A DNA stretch of 54,911 nt, filler included, from Catajapyx aquilonaris (lineage: Eukaryota), in the NCBI GenBank assembly GCA_000934665.2. It is 2 parts of 2 records of this genome, joined end to end, with 100 filler letters (N's around TTAATTAATTAA, not from the genome) between each part and the next. Parts side by side here need not be neighbours in the genome. Positions count along the whole stretch, not along the records: positions 1 to 27,560 come from JYFJ02005084.1; 1 more part is not named here. The stretch is one strand, 5' to 3'. Position numbers and translations under genes: made by a program. This document shows, one piece after another, positions 1 through 12,982 of this stretch. Every line of letters begins with the position of its first letter. Position 1 is the stretch's first letter. Below the pieces are notes generated by a model, which saw only the letters and a program-made list of their open reading frames with translations, was not told the DNA's origin and did no database searches.

Positions 1-3000
1 TACATGTCATTACAATTTGGTCAAAGTCCTCGAAGATTTGTCGGAAAGGTGGCCCGCTTGACGTGGAATGCCTCATATATATATATATATATATATACCG
101 GGGACTCGCATTCAAGCTTCTGGCTGTGCGACGTAGCACATGTGCAACATGCTTGTAGTCGGTATGGCGTAAACACCCGGTGCGATTTGTGTCGGAAACG
201 TCGTTTGCACGATCGAGGTTCATATCGTGAGGGCGTAAACACACCTTTAGGTTGCAAATGAGGATCACAGCCAGTAGTCTGGAAGAGAATTTCCTGTGTT
301 ACAAGGGCATTAGAGAGTCCAGAACTGCACTTGATTGATCTTGAGTACAGGGTTGCTAGATGGCATGCACTCACTGAGCAGTGCAGAATAATTAGTCCAG
401 TGCAGTGTTGAATTCATGCTCATATTAAGAGCACCTCACTAGTTTCAATTTATGTTGCAGAATATTTACTACTTGTGGGTATAAAGCTTTATATTCTACT
501 TGACTACAATAGGTGCTTCTGAACACTGCATCTGTGGCACCAATTATGTTGCCATAAATTGGCTGTTACATATGAAGCAGATTTCACATCGTGGATATTG
601 TTCTCGTGAGAATGGTGGCCAAGAAATGAATAATGTATACCTTAACCACCAACGATTTGAACAGCTAATTTTTTAAATCTAGAGTTTCTGGAGAAATAAG
701 CAAACAATTCAAAAATGATAGGTTTTCAGAGCAGATGGGGGCAGTTTGTGTCATTATAAGCAGTCTCCCATGTCACATGATCCAGTGTAAGAACCTTAAG
801 AATGGTAATACCTATGTTTAAGCACTTGAAAGTGGTCTTTACCAGTCATCCCTCAGATTAAGTGAATTTTGAATTTATTTCAGGAGGATGCCCTCTAGAC
901 CCTTCCTCATATTGCCTATATACTGTATGCACCATGTAGACCTACCCACTAAACATGAAGAATTCTGCCTGTCAGTTTTTGCAAAGAAATGCAGCAGCAG
1001 CTGGTTCACTTCTAGGGGTAATTAATTTTTAATTATATTACTACCATAATATGGCCGAATATGGCACTACTCATTTGGAAGTCACAGGTGTTATTTCCCA
1101 GGAAACTGGCATCCTAATGACATCATACCTTGTTTACCCTATGATCATGTCATTCAAACACCACTTACAGTACATGGGTAATTATTGATTTGTTGATGCC
1201 CAGATGGATGGTGCCCCCTAGGTTTGTAATAGTCTTGAAAAACTACCCTCAACCACAAAATGAGTGGCTGTCAAATGATAATCACGTCATGTACAGGTTG
1301 TTTCTAACTCCAGTGAAGTATCGGTGAAGAGTTGTAGTTGACTACCCCCTCTCCATTCAAAGGGCCACATATGAATTCACTATAGAACATAATTCTATGC
1401 TTGGAAGTGACCATCTGGGCCTTTCCACACTTCCATTGCATTTACTTGAGCATTCTGTGATGCAATTAGTTCTCTTTTGCTTGAGTAGTCTGAACAGTTC
1501 TAATGTAGTTTTAGTAATTTGTGCAACTTGATGTGTTACCTCATTAGAATTCTAGCTGAACACGCCCTAACTGTAGGAAAGCTGAAGAGGCAAAATCTGG
1601 TATGCTAGGTTGGTTCTACTGGATTTTGACAACCATAATGTTTCAGTGAGGCAACTGTAGTATGTCATGAATTCCCAAGAGGATTCTTGAATTTCAAGAA
1701 TTTTTGCATTCCCAAAGAGATATGTTTGAAATTAAGGGACCCTGTGTGGGATAATGCCATCTTCCCACTTCAAACCCTCATACCTCAAAATCACCCCATT
1801 GCATTGTAACTGTGATTCTTCTGCATTTTCAGTTTCCAAGTGTAAAATGTACAAGTGAGACTATTCGAGGCACTAACCAGTAAGAATGGAAATAACAGCA
1901 AACATTTGTTTTTTTCGTAAAGATGCTCTGCAAGTTGTCAGCCGTTATACCAGATTATCCTGGAACATAGTCAATGTCTTTTCAGGCAGGTGTATCAGGC
2001 AGGTGGGAGTGGAGAAGAAAATACAGACATCGGCCTACAAAAGAAATACGCTATGTCCCATTCGTTATTTATGTAGGCCCAGTCATATGAACATGAGTTA
2101 AGATTAACTACGTACAAAGTTAGTCTATTTTTAAACAACAGCTGACTCTGTAATTAATGTTGTGTTTATACAACTGGCGCAAAATATAATTTCTTCTGCT
2201 CTCTTGCCTGGTGAAGTCCATTTAGTCCCAACGATTTGTAATGAACCATGTGGCCAGGATTTCCTTCCTTCCCTAGCGTGTAAACAAGTGCAAGGTCAAA
2301 TCATTGTCTTTGATTATCTCAAAACTAGTTTTTTGGACTTCATTTGTTTCACGTGCAAGCCGATGAGATGGAAGGGAAAAGAACAGGTGCAGTGGTGGGC
2401 ATTAGCACCTATAATCTGCTAACTTCTAATAGCAGAACTAACTTTTCGGTTAGCTGTTTAGCGTTTTCGGTAACTTTTAAACCGGCTAGCGGACCGATTA
2501 CCTGTGTGGTTATTCTAATGTGCTTAAAACCTTCCCAGTAAAAAACTACCCCTAGTGATACTCCTGGGGCATATGTGGAGGCCTCCGTATGAATCTGTTG
2601 AGGTCACAGACAGACAGACAGACAGATATAGGTCTTGAAATATGTATTAGATTGTCAAAGTCTAAAGGTTAAGTATACTTCTGACACCCTGTTACTGCTA
2701 AGGTGAATTTGATGAAACTGGCATAGCATAATGTTATTCAAGGGTTTTGTATGGCTGAGGTATGATGGCATTATTGGCTGGCTTGTTTCATGTATTGTGT
2801 AGGGAAGACTTCATTACTATTTCATAGGCATTTACTGTTCCCAAAGAAATACTCATGTAAGTAATCCTAGTTATTTGAATCCAGATGATGTACTTTCTCA
2901 CACTCAGTATGGCATTACATGTCTTGGAACTGCCACGTATAGCCAGGCAGTTACATTTATTCTTTACAAGTTTACATGTAAGCTAAGTTAACTCATGGTG

Positions 3001-3618
3001 TGGTCTGCTTTTATTATGAGACCTAGTCATCAAGTACGACTTGCTACAATCTCCAAGTGCCATTTTTTCGAAACTGATCTTTCCTAATTAGTGAGTATTA
3101 GTGAGTAATTAGTGAGTATTATTTATTTATTTATATATATATACACACACACAGGGCGATCCAACTTGATTGCCCCAACAGTTATTGGAAAAATCGTGTA
3201 AGCTGCTACTTTTTTAGATGCTACTTGCTAAGAGTTACTTTCTCGAGTATCTGGAATAGCACCTGCTGATATTAGGTCCAATGCCCATGTACCAATTAAT
3301 GACCTATTTATTGACACAACCGGGTCTATCCCCTCTGATTGGCAGCTAGTAACCTCATCTGAATCCCTCCAGCGAACACCAAAATGGGCCCTTTTGAAGG
3401 CCAACACATGAATCAGTTTGGAGATGAGGAAATAAAAGGGATGATGACAGGCACATGGGCACCTTTCCATTTCAGGGTCGCAAGTCTCGCAACAGTTCGC
3501 ATCCGACCCCTCGCGATTGACCCATTAGGCCAGTCACAACCTGGCAGACGACCTGTTTCCCACGGGTGACCCTTTTTTCCCTCATTAATTGGTACATGGG
3601 CATTGGACCTAGTATCAT

Positions 3619-3658
<40 letters not shown>

Positions 3659-3871
3659 GTATATGTGAGTGGGTGAGGGAGCAAGTGAGTGAGTGAGAGA
3701 ATCAGTCAGTCAGTGATAGAGAGTGCTATACACTGCATGTCTATTATTCTTGTTGTTGTTGTTATTATTATTAATATATTACCTGTGCATTATTGGAGTT
3801 CATCATACTGTATATACATCTTACAGGTTGCTTCATTTAACTTGTGATATGGTAGCATATGGGAAGTAGTA

Positions 3872-4779
3872 CGAGGGTGGTTCAGTAAATAACCTTACGA
3901 GTTGATTTACAAATTTGTACTATACATTATGTGAACTATTCTTGCTGTAGGTGGTACGGCCATTCGTGTCGTAGGTATGGAGCATTTCAGATCCACCATG
4001 TGACACCAGGTAGTCACGTGACAGCTATTTGAAGATGGCGGCCCCACTGTAGGTGTGCACCAGAGAAGAGCAGTTGGATTTTGGGGAAGACGAGAGTCGC
4101 CATTCTTTGCTGGAATGTTTAGTTCTGGCTGGAAGTGATGCACCCAGCATTCATCGCCAGTCACTATACGACCCAAAAAGTCTTCTTCCTCCTCCTCGTA
4201 ATGTCTGAGAAGCTTTGCACACGCATCGACACACAGTTCCTTCAATTCATGCGTCAATTGCCTGGGAACCCATCTGGCCGACACTTTTTTGTATCTCAGG
4301 TGCTCATGTATGATGACCTCAACTGACCCAACACTCCCATCATTCACACTGATGCATTGGTCTTGACAAATAAGCACATCTGCGGCCGCTACAGTCTCGT
4401 CCGTGACAGCAGTGTGCGGGCGACCAGGTCGTCGGGTGTCCGGCACACTTGTCAAGCCTCCTGGGAACTTCCACGTCCATTCATACACCTGCTGCAGTGA
4501 TATGCAGGCACTACCATACTGGTCCTTCATCCGACTGTGAATGTCTGTGTTTCACACCTTCACTGGCAAGAAAACCGCTGCTCTTCTCTGGTACACACCT
4601 CCAGTGGGGCCGCCATCTTCAAATAGCTGTCACGTGACTACCTGGTGTCACATGGTGGATCTGAAACGCTCCATACCTACTACACGAATGGCCGTACCAC
4701 GTACAGCAAGAATAGTTCACATAATGTATAGTACAAATTTGTAAATCAACTCGTACGGTTATTTACTGAACCACCCTCG
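3872..4779 (-). mobile_element. Non-autonomous mariner derivative with ~202-bp inverted arms (two 5' ends) and truncated transposase
   Basis: TA|CGAGGGTGGTTCAGTAAATAACC ... GGTTATTTACTGAACCACCCTCG|TA. Arms 3872-4073 and 4578-4779. Minus-strand remnant has RPGRP, WVPRQL and IVTGDECWVHHF (first catalytic D); the C-terminal half is missing. Confidence 0.93.
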
Positions 4780-5638
4780 TACATTGGTGAACATGTTTTG
4801 TTGACTTTACCAGAAGGTAATATGTAAAGATGAGATGCAAGAGAGGCAGTGTGCTCTCATTTTACTAGTTGTCCTTTTCCAGTACTAAACTCATGTCCAG
4901 TATCACTATTTTGTTAACTTTTTATAAGCAGGCCAACTGTTACATTGTCTTCATAATTATATTGCTCACTTGTGAGTGTAACTTGTTTTTAATTTGATAT
5001 TCTCAATATTACTAACTTGTACAGTAAAGTGAATGCTTTGCATGAATATTTTGATATGATGAAGATTTTCTAAATGTCGTGATGAAGGGGAAAAATTGTG
5101 CACAGCATTGTGAATACAGCGGTCGTATTGAATTGTGTAATGGAAAACTACAATACTTTTTAGGTATATTTTAAGTATTGTCAATGGTTTGGAACCAAGA
5201 ATAGGACATGCCCATACCACATTTCATTCTTTCTGGGAAGGACAGAATACCTCGACCCAGTAACCTCAAGCTGTGAGTTCTCCTCATGCCTTAATTATTG
5301 TTAGGATGTATTACAAAATATATCCACCCATTTTATTCAGATAATTATCCGCGGATATTTCGCGACCCTTATTTCTGGACATGATCTACTGTGGTTCTAA
5401 ACCTTTCTATTGTCAGTACTTTTTGTCATTTATACTATGTCATAAATATTGTATATATACATATACACACATGTACATTAAAGTAGTAAGGGTGTATTTT
5501 CAAAAGTTATGCTACACGTGAGTGGGAGGTTTAGTTACAAGGACGAGTTTGATATTGTCATGCTGAATCAATTGAAAACTCTGCAACTTCTAGCCTGAGC
5601 CATTTACAGGCAATTAGCAGCCAAAAAACATGGGGTCG

Positions 5639-5749
5639 AATTTTCATCCCACTACTAGTTACTGCTAACTTAGCCGACTACTTACTGCTAACCATCCCGA
5701 ACACTGGTACTGCTAAGTTAGCAGTAACTAGCAATGGGACGAAAATTCC
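5639..5749. mobile_element. Small palindromic MITE (second copy ~10359-10485)
   Basis: CTAGTTACTGCTAACTTAGC ... GCTAAGTTAGCAGTAACTAG inverted arms in both copies. Confidence 0.6.
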
Positions 5750-6480
5750 ACTGATGGTTTTAAAGATTGAACATGGTACTGCTGGTATGGGAGATATACA
5801 TAATTACACCTACTATATTACTTTTTCCAGGTAAAAAATGTATTTCAGACTTAGCAATTCCAATTTGCCCAGTTCTTGACCTGTGACATGATATATTAAT
5901 TGCCTTTGACTAAAAGTGTGATAATACTGATAGGATAATAGTGTGTTTGAATTTAAATGGACATGCTCTATTTGGAGTTGTAATGATTCCCTGGTCAAAT
6001 GCATGCGACCCTTCTGCTTGCATAATCACTCAAGTTGCAGTCAACAATATATTCGCACATGATGACCAATACACACGAGATTATGGACACTGGTTGTTGT
6101 GTCATGAAAGTTGAGTTTTGTTTTTACTATTCTTTAATGCATATCTACTATTCACCTTAATTCTCTCCCCTTCTTTCTCTATCACTCTGTCCCCCTCTCC
6201 CCACTTTCCTCATCCTCCCTTTCATCTGCATTGCTCAGATCCTCCAAATTATGAATGTGAAAATGCAATAGGATGGAAAAGAGGGGTCCATAATTATATG
6301 TAGTAAGTTGCCCTATTCAGTGAAGAGAGCCTATACATGCTCTAAGATGTGGGCTCTGGGATCTAGGCCTACATAACTCATTGGTCCACGGTAGTCTTCT
6401 GATTTCTGGTAGTAATTAAACCAATGCACAATGATAGCAAACACTACTACATGGCTACCATTCATGCAGAAAATACTTAA

Positions 6481-7607
6481 CCCTTTGCTGCCTACGGCCA
6501 TCATATGATTTCCGAGCTTGCATTGCTGGAGGGCCTACGGACATCATATGATGTCCGAAGATTTGCCCTGCCAACTCGGGTCATTTTTCAACGCAAAAAA
6601 TTTCAACCTCACCGATTTTCTTGAAATTCGGTGCATTGGTAGCCCACCCCAAGGGATGAAAAACGCACCTATAGTGACCTGATCAAAATGACCTCGTGAC
6701 CCAATTTTGAGGGGGGCAGAGGTCAAATTTTGACCTCACCGGATTTTTTTCAAATTCGGTGCATTGGTAGCCCACACCAAGGGATGAAAAACGCAACTAT
6801 AGTTACCTGATCAAAATGACCTTGTGACCCAATTTTGAGGGGGCAGAGGTCAAATCATAAAATTCCGACCTCACCGATTTTCTTCAAATTCGGTGCATTT
6901 GTAGCCCACGCCAAGGGATGACAAACCCACCTATAGTTCCCTGCTCGACATGACCCTGTGACCCATATTGGAGGGGGACATATGTCAATGCACCGAATTT
7001 CAAGAAAATCGGTGAGTAGGGCTGTGCGATATCCGAAATTGCATATCGACTTTCGATACTCAAAAAATATCGAATCTAAGTCGATATATCGAAAATCGAA
7101 AAACCGACATCGAAAAATATCGAAAAATATCGCAAACCGACATCGAAAAATATCGCGATGTCGGTTTTTCGATTTTCGATATATCGACTTCGATGCGATA
7201 TTTTTTTAGTATCGAAAGTCGATATGCAATTTCGGATATCGCACAGCCCTACCTATCGGTGAGGTCGAAATTTTATGATTTGACCTCTGTCCCCCTCAAA
7301 ATTGGGTCACAAGGTCATTTTGATCAGGTAACTATAGGTGCGTTTTTCATCCCTTGGTGTGGGCTACCAATGCACCGAATTTGAAAAAAATCCGGTGAGG
7401 TCGAAATTTGACCTCTGCCCCCCTCAAAATTGGGTCACGAGGTCATTTTGATCAGGTAACTATAGGTGCATTTTTCATCCCTTGGTGTGGGCTACCAATG
7501 CACCGAATTTGAAGAAAATCGGCGAGGTCATAAAATTTCCGGAAAAGGGGAAAAAAAACTCAGGCCCTGGGGTAATGCAATCCCTCAAAAACTCCGTCAT
7601 CAAAGGG
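6481..7607. mobile_element. piggyBac-type MITE built of inverted ~130-bp tandem arrays
   Basis: TTAA|CCCTTTGCTG ... CATCAAAGGG|TTAA. About three tandem units (6606-6990) are mirrored by inverted units (7256-7530). Confidence 0.85.
7017..7251. mobile_element. hAT-like MITE nested in the piggyBac MITE
   Basis: TAGGGCTGTGCGATATC TIRs and ATCGA-rich interior. The 8-bp TCGGTGAG is duplicated (7009-7016, 7256-7263, with an extra CCTA). Confidence 0.85.
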
Positions 7608-9186
7608 TTAAACACACCAATATATGTAATGAGTGACAAAATATGAAAACAACTTGACTAAATCAGCAATGAGACATTGCTGTTTGACTGTTTCATATCG
7701 AATTGACTTGTAAGAGCCACTGGCACCACTACTGAAGATGGACATTATAATAGTTCCCAAAACATTTGTGAGCTTTTCAAACCTTGATGGCTCTTTAGAA
7801 GAACCACTTTAATATTTCTGTAATAATGTGTTCTCGGTATGATAACAGGAAAACGCTCTCATGTTTAGCTGCTGAAAGCATTCACCTTATGGATTTCTTA
7901 ACACTCAGAAGGAAAATTGCAGTATGAAAATGACTTGCTTCCCTGTTACTTCCCTGAGCAACTTTTCGATATTCAAGTGTTTTCTTTTCTCTGCTTATCA
8001 GATGAGTGGGATATAGAAATTTTTCAGAAAGACTTGCACATAAAGTTACATTATAATATTATGGATGATGTCATGTTCAAAGAAAAGTTGTGTATGCTGG
8101 TTTGGCACTGGATGCCTCTCTGACACTTCCTTATGCAAAAAAGGCATCTGGTACCCCAGTCTGTTACGTACTATACAGTATATTGTGTTGAATTTTTCAT
8201 AAGTGCTACGATTGCATGTGACTAATTGCCTGTGACGTTCACCATTGTTATTCTGGCACTTTTTTCTATTTGATATAAAAACCTGAAATGCAGAACGATC
8301 AGAAAATTGAGTAGGCATTATTTAATGTAGTCCTTGATGACATAACTTTCTGATTGAGAATTTTTGAACCTTTTTTTGAAAATTAACCCTTATGAGAGAA
8401 TGCAATGTCTGTTCAAACTTGAATGCCTCATATCTCGAAATCTGTTATTTGTGACTGATGGTTCTGCATTTCAGGTCTTCATATAGAAAAGGCTATTGTT
8501 GCTAACATGCAAGTGGCTCAGTTCGCATGATGATACCTATAGTATTGTACATCATCTCCTCTACATAAGTTACAGTGATAATGTAAAAGACAAATCGTGT
8601 GTCACATTTTTGCCTTTCCCTTGTTGTTTGACTAGGCATTTTTCAATTGTTACATTGTTATATGCTTCTAAATAAATATATTTCTTTGATATCATACTCA
8701 TGTGATTTTTTTAACATGCGAGAAAAGCAGATATGAAGGCTTGGGCATACAAATGGACTAACAAGGGAACGACCAAGGGTCTCCCCCTCCGATTTGGCTG
8801 AATCTCGCTTGAGGGGTAAATCATGTCGAGTTTTCATTGTATTGTTATTAATCAAGCATTTTAAGGCATTCACAAACTTCAAAATGTTTGTTTTTTACAC
8901 CTTTCCTCCCATTAAAACACAGGTTCCGAAATTAGGAACACTTACTTGAAACTGAAAAAATGGATGTCGTCACCTTTTCAATTTTGTGCTTTTTCCTAGG
9001 ATTTTTTAAAACATTTTCATTGCAGGACCTAGTAGGTAAATATTCAATGTATTAACATTCACTTTCCTTACATTTCTGCGTTCAGCCATTTTCTAACAAG
9101 AGGAAAACAACGTAATGGTGTCGAAATTTGGGCCCCTTACCCTATGACTTTTACCCGAGCTTTTACCAGATTTTGAAGCTCCGTCG

Positions 9187-9295
9187 ATGTACTATATCGC
9201 TCCAAAACATAGAGACGATTTTGCATTTGATTCAAGAGCAGGTTGCACTTGAGTCAAATGCAAAATCGCCTCTGTCTTTGAGCGATACAGTACAT
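9187..9295. repeat. ~110-bp near-perfect palindrome (MITE-like)
   Basis: ATGTACTATATCGCTC..AGAGACGATTTTGCATTTGATTCAAG mirrored by CTTGAGTCAAATGCAAAATCGCCTCT..GAGCGATACAGTACAT. Confidence 0.8.
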
Positions 9296-9329
9296 TTGTG
9301 AGGGTATGCAGATTACGCAAAAGTCACGA

Positions 9330-9620
9330 GAAGGGGGGGCGGGAAGGGGGGGGGGGGACGAAAGAAGAACGACGACACCCCCGAGACGCCATTTTCGACC
9401 AGTGTTACAGCCTTATTGTCATTTGAAAACCAAAAGAGTTATGGATATGGACTTTACTGGGCTTTGAAGGTCTGTCGATGTCACTTTGTGATGTATAGAG
9501 ATGGACCAATAATCACGCGAGGGGGCGTGGGAAAAAAGAAAGCTGATTTAAAGAATAGGATGATTTGTGAGGATCCGCCCCCTGCAGGTCATGTGACGTG
9601 GGCGGGGCATGCGCACTGCT
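9330..9620. promoter_or_regulatory. Candidate CpG-rich promoter-like motif cluster
   Basis: YY1-like CGCCATTTT 9387-9395, CCAAT ~9506, TGACGT 9594-9599, GC box GGGCGGGG 9600-9607, NRF1-like GCATGCGCA 9607-9615. Partly inside inverted arms (~9425-9910). Confidence 0.35.
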
Positions 9621-9912
9621 TCCCTGGTTTTGGCCAGGGGAGAGGGGAGTTTGTATCCAGAGTCGATCGAGTGAGTCTAGGAGACTCGCTGTACTAAGGT
9701 GGTGACCAGGAAGGTTCAATACACCAGTGTCCATGATGGGAGCCCAGGTGTTTTCTTGTTATAGCTAGCATGGGGTTGGTCCGGGGTCATCACAAATTGT
9801 ATACCATAGGTTGGACAAAATAACGGATTTTTAGCCATCTGTATAGCACAAAGTGACATATAGAGCTTCAAAGCCCAGTAAAAATAATTTCTGCAAGTGT
9901 TTTGGTTTTATA

Positions 9913-10168
9913 ATTGAAGGGGTCGGTGCAATACTGCCCTAACCCTCCCAAACCTGATTTTGAGAAAACTGAAGTTGAAAGTTTGAGATGACCCATAATA
10001 AATCACATTTACCATATGACAATTTTCATATCTCCCCCAATATACAAGGCACTAATAAGAGACATTTATGTGCTATTATGATGAGGATGATGCACCACCC
10101 GCTCTAAGAATGTACAAAATAAGGTGGCCACGTGTGAAAAAAAGGGTTAGGGCAGTATTGCACCCAAC
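9913..10168. mobile_element. TA-flanked MITE (intact copy at 39310-39564)
   Basis: TIR ATTGAAGGGGTCGGTGCAATACTGCCCTAACCC; right end damaged here, complete in the 39.3-kb copy. Confidence 0.8.
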
Positions 10169-10827
10169 TTGTAATTAGATCAAAAACTTTCCCTTCAGTA
10201 AAAAAAAAGAGAAGTAAGACCTCCGCGGCGGAATGAAAGTACTGAAACAAGGCAGGCGCACGTAAGACCTTCACCAATTGATTTAAGCTGTACCATAGGT
10301 CTTACTCAAGCAATTACCAATTTACTATTCATGAAATCTCCTTTCTGAAAACAAATTTGTGGAATTTCTGTCGTACTACTAGTTACTTCTAACTTAGCAG
10401 TACCAGTGTAGTGCAATGGTACCGCTAAGTTAGCAGTAACTACAGACTTATAGTTAATAGTAATAGTAGTAGTACGAAAATTCCACCTATTAATTTTCCA
10501 TGAGCCACTCCATATTAGCGTTTTATGAAATATTAGGAACTTCAACATTAAGCACCTTGAATTTCTATGCGATTGGTGCGAATTATTTCCATGAAACATT
10601 CATGCAGAATCGGCACCCCTTTTAGATGCTGATTTTAACTCTAACGTTTCATTTTTCACATGTAAACGTTAATTGGAGAAGTTTAGATGGTCTTTTTCGA
10701 TTGGACAAGGTCTGTTAGAATGGGTTTAGTTTTTCCCCCATTTTTTTCTTTTCATAATAAAATCCTGCCTACTGCTCTGAGTAGTTTGCAGCAGTCATTT
10801 TACGAGACGTTCCATACCGTACCTGAG

Positions 10828-12098
10828 AATTGCTTGAGTAAGACCTATGGTACAGCTTAAATCAATTGGTGAAGGTCTTACGTGCGCCTGCCTTGTTTCA
10901 GTACCTTCATTCCGCCGCGGAGGTCTTACTTCTCTTTTTTTTTACTGAAGGGAAAGTTTTTGATCTAATTTCAGTTCTTTTTTGACAGTACACGTAACTT
11001 ATGCTCTATGAATCCATTGGAGACGATTTTCGTCGCTTAGAAGTCCCTAAAATTATTTTCCCGGAGATAGTCGTAAAAAAACGAAAGTCGAGTGCTACCA
11101 GCCAACGGTTAGTCTGATTTAATTAGTCTGGCTTAATAGTACAGTTGAATCCGGATAAAACAAACTTCAAGAGACTGCGAAAAAGTATGTTATAACCGAG
11201 GTCTGTTATAGCCGAATCGTCACGCAACGAAAACATAAATTTCTGATTTCCATATGGCTGTGTACTATGCACTATACTAGACAACATACTGATTAATGAA
11301 ATCTGTCACAAATGCAATATTGGCTCACCCGAAAATTATGCAGGACCAAATTATCCGAAATTTCCTTCTGCCGTCTCCTTTTTGCATTTTATACCTGGAA
11401 AACAATACTGTATTTTTCCCACCGATGGTTTAAGAAATGGTCTGTCATACCGGAGGTGAGGTGAGAATGAGTCTGTTACATCAGGAGTGCAAATACACAG
11501 TGCCTAATGGAAGCATGCCGGGACGGCCTTTATAACCAAGTCTGTTATTGCCGAGGCTGTTATATCCGGATTCAACTGCAAATCTGTAATAAGTGCAATG
11601 TGTTCACTCCAGCGGCAGGGTAACATTTGGCTAATAACAATATGGCTAGTGGGTAAACAAGATTGTCGTTTCTAGGTGATGGGATTGAACAAATGAATTA
11701 ATGACAGAAAAAATAACAGGTAAAAAAAATCACAGCTCCAATCCTGTAGCAGTGGGAACTGTGAGATTTTGAACATAGATCCGCACCATCCCACTGCACC
11801 TTCAACCTTTTGATGAAGGAACCGAATTCCGAATAGTTATTGAGCAAAAAAATATAGACGTATTTTTTGGTGGTTTTAAATTTTTTGCGGCGTTTTGAAG
11901 AGGAATTGAGTTTAGCCGTAAATGGTAGGAATGCACTTCACGACGGTGGGCATCTGTGTTCCAAATTTGGAAGCTCTACCTACAGCAGAACTTGAGTTAG
12001 GGCGAATGAAAAAAACGTAACAAGAAGAAGAAGAAGATGTTGAAGAAATTCATTGTTGAAATCTATGCTACGGTCTTACTAAGGGGCTATCGCCCCTT
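10828..12098 (+). mobile_element. Helentron-associated/DINE-1-like non-autonomous element
   Basis: 5' subterminal AGTAAGACC (10837-10845), internal inverted GGTCTTACT (10922-10930), 3' GGTCTTACT (12072-12080) followed by stem-loop AAGGGGCTATCGCCCCTT. An inverted 5'-end copy lies at 10173-10315. Confidence 0.7.
11142..11578. mobile_element. pogo/Tigger-like MITE nested in the DINE-like element
   Basis: TA|CAGTTGAATCCGGATA ... TATCCGGATTCAACTG with subterminal GTTATAnCCGA repeats. Confidence 0.85.
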
Positions 12099-12154
12099 AA
12101 ATGCGAACTAAATTTTGATCAAGAACTTATCACAAGCTTCACTAGTTAGTTTAG

Positions 12155-12842
12155 TGTTCATATAAATTATATCAAATGAACTATCGTGAGATGAGGAACA
12201 TTTTGGTGGCATCGGGTATAACCTAGATTGTAAAATAAAAATGCTAAAAAATTCGCATTATTGTTCAAAACGGATGCATTTCATATGGTCCAATGTCATT
12301 GTTAAACACATGCTAAGCGTGTGGAATTAATATGCTAGGTATACATTGTCATCTGATCATTACTATACTGTCGAAGGACAACATCACAGGTCAAGCAGTC
12401 TTGGAAATAAAACTTCTGAAATGTCTGTTTTCCACTAATTTGGTCATCTTTGGGGTCATTTTTGTCAATGTGGGGCTGGGTTTAAGTTACCAGAAGCGTC
12501 TTTTCATGCATAACATAGCGGTATAAATGGTTCACTGGCAACATCAAATAACGTGGAGTAACCTATAGAGGGCTTTTCCGGACATTTCATGATTTATTAT
12601 GTCCATGTCTGATTGACCTACTTGATGTTGCCCTACAGTAGTAATGATCAGATGACAATGTACCTACCATATTAATTCCACACACTTAGCATGTGTTTAA
12701 CAATGACATTGGACCATATGAAATGTGTCCGTTTTGCACAATAATGCGAGTTTTTTAGCATTTTTATTTTACAATCTAGGTTAAACACGTTGCCATAAAA
12801 TGTTCCTCATCTCACAACAGTTCATTTGATATAATATGAACA
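12155..12842. mobile_element. Fold-back element with ~240-bp inverted arms
   Basis: 12155-12400 is the diverged reverse complement of ~12607-12842. Confidence 0.85.
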
Positions 12843-12982
12843 TGAGGGCACAACAATAACTTCACCTGAAATAAATGGACCTTCCGTCTTCATTGTTTCT
12901 GAAAGACGTTGCCATATCTCCGTGGGATTTTCACCTGGGAGGCTCTTAACTTTATTTTTGGCAACACTTCAATGATTTTTAT

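Noticed and set aside
7725..7800. Hammerhead/Penelope-like CTGAAGATG...AAAC motif (also ~49890-49950 and ~51570-51620)
   Set aside because: Catalytic core (CUGANGA...GAAA) and stems are incomplete or degenerate
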